Below are positions 11,291-23,333 of a DNA stretch of 64,000 nucleotides, one piece after another. Position 1 is the first letter of the stretch. Each line of letters opens with the position of its first letter. The position numbers and the translations under genes are program-made. The notes under the pieces were generated by a model that was not told the DNA's origin, did no database searches, and was given only the letters and a program-made list of their open reading frames with translations. Where the stretch lies: NCBI GenBank assembly GCA_028534125.1, contig CM052824.1:60140001-60204000 (forward strand). Direction: 5' to 3'. The stretch is from Lama glama (lineage: Eukaryota).

Positions 11291-14200
11291 TTAGCCCAAC
11301 TAGAGGCTCCGACACCCTGCCCTTGACCTCTCTCCCCACATCGGCGATGCCGGCGGCTTCTCTGAGCTGCTCCGTCCTCACCCGGGAAGCAGGCAGCAGC
11401 AGCGCCACTGGCCCCAGCCCTGGCCTCATGGTCCCCGAGGACACGCACTCCAGGCCCCCGCAGGTGGGCACACAGCACACGGGCCTTTGGAAGGTACCGG
11501 TGGGAGGGCCTCTCTCCCGGGGAGAGTCTGAAGGATGCCACGAAGGTGCGACCGGCGGGAGGAGCACAAAAGGGGAGAATGGCCAGGCACCCTTTTAACA
11601 TGTGGCCCCAAACAAGCAGCAAACGACCCACCGATCCTGGAGATGACGGTGGCCACCCCCCGGGTGACAGGCAGGGGCCCTGGGGAGACTGAGGAAGACC
11701 AGCGCCCTGCCGCACGCCCACCTCTCCGCCTACTCACCGTCCTCCCCCGCTCGGACGCCAAGCAGCCTGCTCCGGAAGCTTCCGAGGCTCGCCAGCCCCA
11801 AGCCCGGACCCCCTTCCTTGTCCAGGAGCAGAAGGGTGGCCCTGCCGTCCAGGCTCCACGACGCTGTCAGTGTGAAGACGGGACTGAGGAGGCCTGGGCG
11901 GCCGGGAAGATGCCCGGGCGGGCGAAAGAGGAAGAGGCCGGCCCAGCGGGGACGCGCAGGCGTGGTGAGCGGCTCTCACCTCTGCCGCAAGGTGTGGGTT
12001 CTAAAAACAGACCCTCTCCTTTCTAAGCACATGTCCCCAGCTCCCCCTTCTCCAATGACCTCATTCCTTCCCAACTGATGGTCAGACCTGACCAGGGACA
12101 GCAGACGGGGGCTCAGAGCAGCAACCTGGGCAGGAGACGCTAGAAGGGGCCTGAGGCTGGAGCAACGGGAGAGGAGGACCAGCAAGGGACCCCCACGCGG
12201 AGCGGGAGGGCAGGGCTGGTGAAGGATGGAGGAGGAGGGAGGGCCCTTTCCCTCCGGGGGGACTCGGGGCACCTGGTCCGGGGTGCTATAAGGCCGGCCC
12301 ACCGCACACCCAAAATGGACAGGTTCCAGAGCAGAGCAGGCCACCCCAGTCCAGGCCGGGAGGGAGGGCAGGTTCCTGGGGCTTCACAGGGAGGTGGGCC
12401 CAACCGGGGACAGACGTTGCTGAGCGTCTGAAAAGCAAAATAGGGGAGGGAGGGTGGCTGCCCCCTGACCTGTGTTCCATCCTGACACTTCACGCTTGTC
12501 AGCACGTTCTCCCTGCCAGGGTGAAGGGCCCTTCCATCTTAAACCATGAACGGCTGTGGAGCGGGGAGCAGTGTGAGGCAGCCCCCAGCCAGGCACCCCA
12601 GGACCCCTGGCCCTGGGACACCCCAAGTGGCGAATCCACCCCTTCAAGGCTCCTCCGCCCACTGCAGCCCTGCTTTCCCGCCCCTGCCCAGGCTGCCCAC
12701 AGGACCTCCAGGGCAGCCCCGTCTCCAGGGGGCACAGGGGCCCCCAGAGCTGCCTGGACGAGGAGGCTGGGGCCAGGCTTTCCCCAAAATGCACCTGCTG
12801 ACCTGGAACCTGGCCCGTTGGCAGCAGACGCGGCCGCAGCGGCCATCCGAGCCAACCCTGTCCTCTCACTCATGAGACGCTGTGTCTGTGGAGGCCCCAG
12901 GTGGAACAGGAGCCCCGGCCTCCCTGCCCACCCCTCACTGCCCGGCCTCGTGGCCTCTCTTCATTTTCCGGCTTTATTCCCTGGACTCCGGAGTCCCCTC
13001 TGCATCCCACCTCCCCGGGGCAGTGGGCGGATCTCAGGGGCACGTGCTCTGCTCTGCGGGGGACGCTGTAGCTGAGGAAGGCTGGCGCCCCCCAGCCCTG
13101 TGAGCCCAGGCCCGCTAAAGCCGTACCCCGAACTATGGAAAACACACCTAATTCTAGATGTATTTACCTGCCTTCCCTGCAAACCTCAGAGGGTGAGCCC
13201 AGGTTTTCCTGAGCAGTCAGCCCTCGGGTGTTCAGGCCACACTGACTCCCCTGCAGGGCAGCTGGACCTTCTAACCACAAGCGGGCAGACGGGGCAGTGG
13301 GAGACCCCTGACTGCCTGCCAGCACTGCTCCCAGCACCCCGGCCAGTGCCCAGTAAGAATGACATCTGAGGACCTCTGGGGTCCTCACTTCCCCGGGCTG
13401 GAGAGGGGACCAGCCATTTGTGCCTGGTGGGCATGAGGGAGGGGCCTGGAGAGGCCGAGGGGACCCAGAGACCCCAGCCCCCAGGCTTCCTCCCACCTGG
13501 CTTTGTCTCACCCAACACAGGAAACTCCCCATTCAGCCGCCATGTTTCTCTGGGCACCAGGAGCTCTGTTCCCCCGTAACGCCGCCCCCCCCAAGGCGAG
13601 AGCAGGAGGGAGGCCCCGGCCTGGCCCACGCGGCCCCTGCTCCCTTCCTGGCCCGTGGGGTTCTCCCGGGGGTGGGCAGGCACGTGGCCTGGAGTCCCCA
13701 CGGTGACGGCGCCCGCACGGAAGCGTCCTCCAGGGTCCCCGTCGGCTTTGGGAGGGACGGGCAGGAGGGCCCAGCCGTGTCTGGGAGGTGCGCCATTCCT
13801 CCATCCACCGACTGCAGGGGTGCAGCGTTCCCCACTGAACCACTCTGTTCACTCCCATAAGTGAGCAGCTCCAGCAGGGGAGTCACCTCCCCTTCACTGC
13901 TGGCCAGGCCCCGTGGAGGCGACAGCCGCTGTCTGCAGGGTCCGGGCCCCGGTGCCGAGCCTGCGAGGGGCTGAGCCGTGCTGTCTTCTGGGCTGGTGCT
14001 GCCCTCTGAGCGACGGACTCTGAGACCGGGTGGGGGTGGAGAATCCCCCATTTATTTCACGTGGAGTTGTGTTTAAGTCAGTCCATTCTGAAAATTCCAC
14101 AGCCATCCTAGAGATGCTTAGAAGCCAAGGGGAGGCGGAAAGGCAGGCAGAGAACCTCACGTGTGCACGGCTCTGCACCCCCCAGTTCGAGGCCCCCGCT

Positions 14201-15985
14201 CAGTGTCCCACTGCCCCACCCAAGGCTCCTGCTCCTGGCGCCGGGAGCTCCTCCTGCCCTGAGCACACTCAGACATTGGTTTCTAGGTCACCAGCAGCCA
14301 CAGACCACACTGGCTGTGGCCACTGCCTTTCCCCAGACCAAGGTCCCTGGCCAGAGTCGCCACTTCTGTTCGGCACTTCCTGGAACACAGCAGCCTGACC
14401 ACAGAATCACAGAAGTCCACACTCTGTGGTGACTTTGAAAATTTCTTGGCGCTCGGGGAAATTTACCAAGAATTCCTTCCTTGACCCACCTGCTTAGGCA
14501 GGTTGGGGGTGCATAGACCTGCCTCCCCAGCCCAATCCCCCGCCCCGAGCATCCCCCATCCTTCCCTGGGCTCTGGAGCCGTCGACACTGGCCTTTACTC
14601 TGAATGGTCCGGGCAGGAGCTGACACCTGCCCAACGCTGTCTGCCTCTGACAGCCGCCTGGCCTGGCCCCTGCAGGGGACTGTGGGTGGGCGAGCACCCG
14701 CCTTCCCCAGCCGGGGCAGGAGGAGCAGTCACCAGGGGAGGTGCCGACGAGGCTCTCAGCCGTGGCTCACTGAGGGTTCTGGGCCATCACAGAGCCCGGC
14801 AGTCGTTTCCAGAGGTGGGAAAATTCCTCCAAAGGGTCCAAAAACACCCACTTGGCCGCGCCTGCCGCGTCACTCAGCTCGCAGGCGGCTGCCGCCTTCC
14901 CCATCTTCCCTGGGTTTTAAAAGTTCTGCCTTGAGACGTCATGGCCCCCTCGTGATAAGTGGACAGGAGCCCCCCCACCGCCCCCAGCCTCATTCCCAGC
15001 CCAGGAGCAGCCATGAGACCCTGGAATGCATCCACCCCCACCTGGCGGCACAGAGCCCAGGCGGGGCTGCCTGGCTGGCGAGGGAGGAGGGCCCTGCACC
15101 CAGTGGCACCCAATTCTGGACTCATCCAGAACCACCCACAGAAGCCCCGAGCGGGAGGCCCAGCCATCCCGACTCGATCTCTAGTTCCCATTCACTGATC
15201 GTAGGTGGTGAGCCTCAGGCTTTTTTAAGCTAAACGGCACATTTTACCACAGAAATGGAAGAGCTCCGACCGAAGCCCCCAGACCGCCTGGTTCAGGCCC
15301 GCAAACCCCGCCTCACCGGACGCATCACGCCCCGTGGTGCTGGTGGTCAGCTGGGGGCAGCAGGGTGTGGTGTGCATGTCAGGGAGCCGTGCGGTGGGAC
15401 AGGTGGGCGCGTTCATTCCTGGGTCTGCACACAGTGCCCCCTGCCTCGGGGTTCACTCCGGGGGCCCCACACCCACCGTCTCCGCTGGGCCACCTCACCC
15501 TGTCCCCCTTAGGGCCTGGGCCCAGCTCCAGGGCCACAGGATGGAGGGTTGAACCTACCATCAGCACGGCCCCTGGGCCTGGGGCCCTCGTCTGCAGGGG
15601 GAATGCCCGCACACGCAGCTCTGCCACGGGGGCTGGGGGCACCAGCGCGGCGGTGCTCGTCTGGGGGCTGGTTCCATCTGGTCCTTTACGCTGGGGCCTC
15701 CGTCCCCTCCTCAGGAGGGCTTCCCAGACCACCTGCCGAAAGCGGCTCTCCCCACCCGGCCCCTCCTCATCGCCCTGTGAGCTTCTTGGCGGTTCTCACA
15801 TCTGAGCTGTCGCACTTTGGACAACTTGTCAGGGCCTCGGAAGGCGCATCCCCGAGGACTGGCTCTTACTCTCCAGCCTTGTTCTCAGCTGTGACTTGGA
15901 GGCTCACACAGCAGTGGCACGTAGTGGCCACTCGACACACCTGTGACCACTGAAAGCAGGCGGCCGGGCCCTGAGCTCCTGCTCT

Positions 15986-16062
15986 GTGTCTACAGCAGGG
16001 ACGACAGTTCGTGTGTCTGCGGAAGGGGCCACAGCCCACGTGTCTACAGCCGGGATGATACT
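15986..16062. repeat. 27-bp minisatellite, ~2.8 copies
   Basis: Units begin GTGTCT at 15,986, 16,013 and 16,040. Confidence 0.6.
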
Positions 16063-19049
16063 AATGACACTGTCGCCCCTCCTTCTGGGGCTACGGGGTG
16101 TCCTGGTGGAGCCAGAAGGAATCCAGGATGGGTACCTGCTCGTGGTCAGCTGCAGTCCTGGCCCAGGGGCCTCCTAGGGCCACCTCCCTGTGGGCCGCTG
16201 TGCCCCTCAGCCCCTTGCCAGGCCCCTGCACACAGGGATGGTTGGCTTTCTCACAGGAAGACTCGGCCCGGGGTCTGGCGGGCAGACGAGCGGAAGTCTG
16301 TAGGGCCATACTCACAGCTCTAGCCTTTCTCACTGACTCCCATGCGGATCTGAGCATTTCTGGGAAGTCCAACTCCTCTGGCTCCTGGAGGAGACCAGGC
16401 AGGTGGGGACGAAGCTAGCGTCTTGGCATCGTGGTCCCATTTCCCATGTGCAGTCCAGCGCTGTCACATCCACAGGTGAGTCTCCTCCCACGTCCTCTCC
16501 CAGGGCCTCAGTCTCCATCCACCCCTCGAGGGGGCGGGGGCCTGTATGGCTCAGCCGTCAGGTGACCACGCAGGTCAGGGCCTTTAAAGCCAAGACCCCA
16601 GTCCTGACCGGAGCCCTGGGGCAGAGCAGACGTCGGTCAGGGAGCAAGTCTTGTCATGCGGTCACGAGGAGGCCTCGCTCTCACTCTGCGGGGCATCTGT
16701 GGACAAGACGAGGCCATGCCTGCCGACAGGGCATGAGTCTGCCCCAGGGCCCAAGTCTGGGAGCCTTGGAGGAGCCTGGGAAGCTGCCTTGTCCAGGGTC
16801 AGGCTCCCGTCAGACCCCACACAGGGCTCTGAGCAGAGGGAGGGGCCCCCAACCCTGGGAGCCTGGGGGGTTGGTCCCGAAGGCTCTGCCTTCAGCCCGG
16901 GGGTCTCGCTCACCTCCCATCCCCCGCATCCAGAGGAGTGTCACTGCTGCTTCAGGAGACCAGGGTCAGATGCCCTGCTTGCTCCTGGGGGACGATGGTG
17001 CAGCAGGAGACGTTTTTACTTGAGACTGAGGTGCCTCAGCAGAGGTCAAAGGTGGGAGGTGGTGGAGTTCTGAAGGGAGGCTGCAGTTTGCATCAAAGGG
17101 ACTGGGGAGCAGCCGGGCCATGGCCAGGGTGCCCCCAAGCTGGGGGTCGCCCGAGCCTGCCCTGTGGCACAGCCCAAGGTGGGTTCCATGGCCACGAGAA
17201 GCCCCCGCAGTGTGCGCACCTGGCCTGCCCTCCATGGGGACAAGCGCCCAGCCCAGCTTCCTTGAGCAAAATGGCCCCCTGACTCCGGAGGAGCCTCCAC
17301 TGTTATGTGGGCCGCCCCGGGCAGCCGGGCACCCGCCTCTGGGACAGGGTCAGCGACTCTGGACAGGCTCAGAGGAGCTCCAGGAAGCCTGGCGGCGCGT
17401 GTGGTGTCTCCCAGCTGGACTCCATCCTGAGCAGACAGGCAGCTCCTGGGAATGCAGTGGCTGCCACCCCTGGTGTCACCCTAGCCTGCCTGGCTGCCCC
17501 GACGTCCCCTCCATACAGTGACGTCTCTGGGCTGCTTCCTGGATGCCAGTGAGCTCATCCACAGCCTCCCCCTAATCCCCTCCGGGACCAAGAGGGCTGG
17601 GGCCCATAACACCCCCACTGGAGGACTGAGGACACCGTGCCTGGAGGGTCACTGAGAGGTGGAGGAGCCGGACGTGAGCCCAGGCCGGCCAGTCCCGGCC
17701 TGGGCCCTGACTGCCTGCCTCGTGCAGGGGCAGCCAGTGCGTCCCTGACCCCCGGCTGTGATCTGGGGGACGCTTCCATCTCACTTGCCCGCCTAGACCA
17801 CAAGCAAGGGCAGGAGAGCTTCCTAGAACCCGGAGCGGCAGAAGGGGCTTCCGTTGTCACTGAACAAACGATGACGGCTGGGAGGACAAGTGGAGGGGCT
17901 GCGAGCCCGGGTCCCAGTCACCGAGAAGCTGGCCAGGTGACGGGCTGGTGTGGCAAAGCCAACAATCACGTGTTCTTATCTGCATGAAATCCGAAGAAGC
18001 ACCCACGGGGAGCAGGCCAGGGCCTCGGGGTGAACATGTCGGGGTTGGCTGGGCCTGGAGGAGGCACCCCAGAAGGGGGAGTTTGCAAGTCCCGGATGCG
18101 ACGCTTCCTTGCATTTTCTCTGCAGCGGTGGCTGCCCCAACACACAGTGTCTGGGCCTGGGCCTGCGCCTGCGCCCGGCGGGCCCTTCTGCTCCGATGAG
18201 GAAACTCCATCTTGTAAAAAGGCTGCTGGAGCCGGATGCATTTGATGGCCTGGGGACGTCTTGTTTCTCCTGAACAGCAGCACAGGCAGCCACCGCGCTC
18301 AGAGGGCTTCCCATCGCCTCCCACGCCATCCACGAGGCCGGCACACCCTCTCCAGCTCCAAGTGGGTGGATGGGTTCCTCTCTGGCTGGCTCCGTGGAGA
18401 ACGTGGCCCGAGGGGAGGCGGCTTTGATGCGCAGGGACCCAGCTCTGGATAGGGGAGGCCCAGGGCCCACACCTTTCAAACGGCAATGCTCGGGTGGGCT
18501 CCTGGCTGGGTACCACGGTGCAGGCAGCGAGGGTGCAGAGAGCTAGAGGGTCCACGCACATCTTCCCTGGGCGGGAGCCGTGCTGGTAGGGTGCCACCTC
18601 CATCCATCCACGGCGAGGCCACGCCTGCCTAACTCCCTCAGGCCACAGACCCCCACGGTGGGGGGGGGACAGGTGAGGTGACGAGTGGCCACATGCCATG
18701 CAGCCCTCGAGACACCTGTGTCTTCCAGGCACATATGGGGAGAGGGGTCCCTAGTCCTTCTGGAGCGGGACTGGGCTTCTAGGAAAGGATCTCACACCAA
18801 TGGGAAAAGGCAGGAGGCGTCCGGGGCGGGGGGGGCACCTGCCTGGGGCTTGGAAGCCGGCATTCAGGCACCGCTGACCACAGCCTCCAGGCAAAGACCC
18901 CCACATCCAGTCTCACCAGAGGAAGAGGCACCCACCAAGAGGGGCAGGGACGTGAGGGCGTGGGCGCAGGGAGCGTGGGGGGCGTCTGGGGCGGGGGTGG
19001 TGTTGGTTTCTGGATGGTCCTCACTGGCTCAGGCCCCTCGCTCCCTGAT

Positions 19050-20300
19050 TTCTGCAGCAGAGACTCCAGAAGGAGCCCGGCCTCCCGTCTCCTCCGCGAG
19101 GGGTTTCCTCAGCCAAACAGAATCCCCGTGTGTTCACGCTGCCCCAAGAGCAGCGGCTGGGGTCGAACGGCCGGGGCGGCCGAGGGAACGTGTGAAACAG
19201 GCGGCGCCGTCAGAAGCGCAGGCCTCGTGCAGCCCGCTGCGCGGCCGGCGGGCCTCAGAAGGTGAGAGAAACAACATTAGAAAGCGGAAGGAGGGGAGCA
19301 AAAAGAAGGAAGCGCGAAGGCCAAAGAGCCCGCCACCTGGAGGAGGGGCCGAGGGAGCAGCTCCCGAGAAGTTCCGTGCAGTCTTTGCTCACCCACAAGC
19401 AGGAGGCTGGCCCCCAGTGCCACCGACGGAGACGCGCCTCCCTCCCAGGAAAACTGATTTGTCAACAACCAGGGATTCGTGTAAAGGCATCTCAAGGTTG
19501 TTATTTAAAAAAAAAAAAAAAGAGTAATGCTGAAAACCACGGGCAACGTCACACAACCAAGAAACGGTTTTTGAGAAAAGTGATTCCAGCAGGACCGCTG
19601 CCCCTGCACGGGCGGCCTGGAGAGGCCGGGCTTGTGCCGTCTGAGGGGACGGGGCGCAGGGCGTTCCTGGCTGCGAGTTTATTTGCAAAGAAATGTGAAG
19701 TCGAAGGTGGTTTACTTCTCCTCCGGTGATCTCAGCATCCCCCCCCCAACCGGAGGAGCGAGAGTTTCCTCATTTGGGGTTGAGTCGCCTGCCAAGCGCG
19801 AGGAAGGACCCTTGGCCTGACCCCGATGCGGACGGCAGTTCCTCGCCGCGGCCCCCAGGCCCGGTGAGTGGCACCCTGACCCAGACCAGGAAGCCCGGGG
19901 ACGCTCCCACACCCCGGCTTCTCTGGCCCCAACGTGGGTCTCCTGCTGCGGACGGGCTGCGCGGGTGGGAAGCCCCCTCCCCTCCGTCTTCTGGGAAAGA
20001 AAAAGACACGTGCCCTCGGGCCCCCAGCTCCCATAGACAGGTTGGCCAACGCGGGGTGGCTCCTTTAAGAAGCAAACCTGACCTTACCCTTCACCTCCAA
20101 AGGAGCAGGCCCTTCCAAGGAGGGGGTGGGCCGGGGCAGGACCTCCACGGGCCAGGGTCCAGTTCTAACTGCAAACACGTGGCGCTGGCCCGAGAGTGAC
20201 CACCACTGGACTCTGCCGTCTCTTCCTTTGCTCCCCACCCTCCCGCCCCCACTCCCGTGGGCGGCGAGCAAGACCGCGTTTAGACTGCAGAGTCCCATCA
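19050..20300. promoter_or_regulatory. Intronic CpG-rich island with AT-rich core
   Basis: CpG-rich flanks around an AT-rich segment 19,450-19,720 that includes an A15 run (19,507-19,521). Confidence 0.5.
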
Positions 20301-23030
20301 CTTAACTGCTTCACTACTGGAAATTTCAGGAGGCTCACGGGAACCTCCAAGCACGAGCACTTCTCTGCAGCTCTTTTGCCCAATTAACAGCAAACTTCAT
20401 AAAAATAAATAACTAAATACAGCAAGCACTGCCAGAGGACGCCAAGGATCCTCCATTAGCTCCCAAAGCCGTAACGTCCCCACCCCAAAGGCTGCAGGAG
20501 AGGGCGGCGAGGCTGGGCCAGGGTTCGGCCCCAGGTGGGGGTCAGTACGGCCCAGGCTCTGGGGCCCAGAGCTCACGGGTTCTCTTGGCTCTCCTGCTTC
20601 TAAACACGACCAGCGTGTCCAGATGAAAATGCAGCCCAGGGCGGGAGGTCAGGCAGCGGGCCGGGGGCTGGGAGCCCGGCCAACATTCTGGGCGGGAAGT
20701 GTCTCTGCTCTGAGGGTGTGCGGGGCAGGGGTGGGGGAGACAGCTCCTCGCGAGGCAGCCTCGGCCATGGGGAAGCCACCCCCGACACGCTGGGAGTGTC
20801 AGCGCCTTCAGCCCTGGACGGGAGGTGAGGGATGCCCTCAGTCCAGCCTAGGGGTCAGACACAGTGACCCCGTGGCCCAGGCTGGCCGCCCTGGTGGGGA
20901 GACCCTGCACGTGGAGCTCGCTGGGTAAGTGCCTTACAGTTCATAAAGACTCCCGCGGGCACGAGGTTCCCTGAGCACGCTTCAGTTTCCCAGTCTGTCC
21001 TCCTCCCTAGGAGAAGGACGAGCACAAATGACAGAGGGACAAATGACAGACAGCTCCCCTGCCACCCCGGGCCACCACAACCTCCGGCGGTGCCTGTGGA
21101 CACGTCTAAGGCCCCCTTGAATCAGTCTAAAGGGAGGTACTAGCTCCGTGCCCAGACCAGCGGGGCTGTGGTCAGGTGCAGAAGGCCTCAGAGCTCCAGA
21201 GACACACAGCCTGGCCGTCGGTCACCGTGCGTATGGAGCGCCGGCCCTCAGGGCCTGTGCCCACCTGGGGTCCCCACAGGCGCCCAGAGAAGGCCCGCCA
21301 TGACCCCCGCCGGGGCTCCAGGAGGCGAGTTTGCACAGGAGCTGGATGCCGGTTTCTGGGAGGGACAGGCCAGCCGGCTCTAGGTCCAACCACAGCCCCA
21401 GAAGCAACGCACCCCCGTCTGCAGATGGGAGTGCTGGGCCCAGGGACGCTTCGCAGCCAGGGTCATCGCTTGTGGGAGGTGGGTGCGGGACTCCGCAGGG
21501 GTCTGTGTGAGCCCCCAGCCTACGCTGCCCACCTGCCAACAGCGCCATCGCTCCACTGGATCGAGAGTCTGGAGGGAGCCGGCCAGCTCCCGCCCTGGTC
21601 AGTTCCTCTCTCCGTCCGCCATCCCAGGGCACACTGCAGCTGCATTCGGCACGTTGAAGCTGACACGTCTGTGGTCCTCCCAGTCCCGCCCGGTAGCAGG
21701 ACGAAGTTCATCCTTGGGCTGCAGGCTGATCGCCACCCAGTGAGGCAGAAACCCCACGCCGCTGCAGCTTGAGAGCACCCCCAGCGTCCGGCCAGGAGGA
21801 CATCCCGTGCGTCCTCAAGGCTGCGGTGCCGCCTGCCCAAGGGTGGGTTTGTGCTCAGAGGCCACCTGGACCTACACTCTAGAGTCAGGAGTGGGTCCCG
21901 GACACCAGACCCAGAGCAGCCGGACATGCCCTCTTCCACAGACAAAGTCAGGAATGATTCGGGGACAAACAGGGAGTTAAAAGGGGCTGGACATTTGGTG
22001 GAGACAAACCCCAAGCATCGCAAAGCCCAGCCAGCGCCTGCAGCAGGATGTGCGCCAGGTGCCTCCGCCCCGGGCCGCAGGCTTCCCAGCTGCAGCCCAC
22101 AACCAGACGCCAGGAGCTGTCAGCCCAGAGGGGCCCCTCCCGCCAGCCCCCCCTCAACGGCTGCGGCCCCGCCGGCCCCGCGCTGTGATCCCCGGGGAGG
22201 CCAAGAATGCCCAGTCTGGGGTGTAAGGTGCTGCCCGTCTCCCCACACTGTTTTTTGAAGCGGGCAGGAGCCCCGGGTAGACGCCGGCAGACGCGGCCTG
22301 GACTCAAATTCTCCAGGGCGAGGGCAGAGCGGACGGTCCTCCCTGGCTCAGATGTCCTGGGCCAGTGGCCTCCACTATGGGGCTGCACCTCAAATTTCGG
22401 CGACAGAACGGCCACAGAAAGCAGCCCGCTTTATCAACGGCCTGTGTGAGCTCTATATTGCCGTGGCCCCCCGCCCCCAGCATTCCACGCCTCCCAGGGG
22501 GGCAGATAATCCCACAAAGGGCCTCATGCCAGAGCCCGACGTTGCAAAGTGCTCTCTCCAGCGGCTGAGTGTCTTTGACTCCATCAGCGTGGGGTTCGCA
22601 GGAGTCTCCTTACTGAGCCCCAGGGTTCAGATCGAATGTCCCTTTGAAAGGGCCAGAGAAGACCCTGCGCCCTGCCCCTGGGTCTGCATGACACCAGATC
22701 CAGCCCATCTTGCCCAAGCTTTGGAGGCCCCTGCCTGCCGCACCCAAGAGGGAAGGGACCCCGACACCCCAGGGTCCCAGGAGGGAGGAGGAAGCCCATA
22801 CCATGGCCAGGCAGATGCCAAGACCCTCCCTCGCTCCTGTGGGAGCCCACGAGGAGCATTCGGACTCACTGTCCCAGCCTCCGTCTCTTCTTGCCCTGTC
22901 TACAGGCCTGTGGGGCCACGGAGACCCGGTGACAGCCCCCTGAATGAGGGTCCTCTTCACCCTCTCTGAGGCCTCAGTCCCCTAAACCGCCCAGGCCTGA
23001 AACCGCAGTCTGGTTCATGCAGCCACATCC

Positions 23031-23333
23031 GTGTGCACAGAGCACCACGCACGTACGCATGTGTGTGTACAGGGGGGTGTGTGTGTGCCCGTGTTGCTTA
23101 TATGCACTGCATTGTGCGACTTGTGCAAATGTGTGCCAGTGCGTGTGCAGATGGGCTGCATGTACCTGTGTGTGTGAGGACACGTGTGCACACAGATGCA
23201 TACATGTGCACCTGTGTTGCCTGTGTGTGCTCTGTGCAGGCACGGTTCAAGTGTGTGCCTTGCCTGAGTGTGAACGTGTGTGCATGTGTGCCTGTACACA
23301 TGTGAGCATGCAGGTGAGTGTCCATGCACACAC
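23031..23333. repeat. Degenerate (TG/CA)n alternating purine-pyrimidine tract
   Basis: ~300 bp of TGTG/TGCA/CACA units. Confidence 0.9.

Noticed and set aside
19155-19720. Opsin-like peptide words GWGx7GTCE (~19,155-19,195) and ASLFAK (~19,670-19,690)
   Set aside because: Intervening sequence has no hydrophobic transmembrane character and the spacing does not fit a spliced or processed opsin. Short matches are expected by chance in six frames of 64 kb. A tBLASTn with OPN5-family proteins would settle it.
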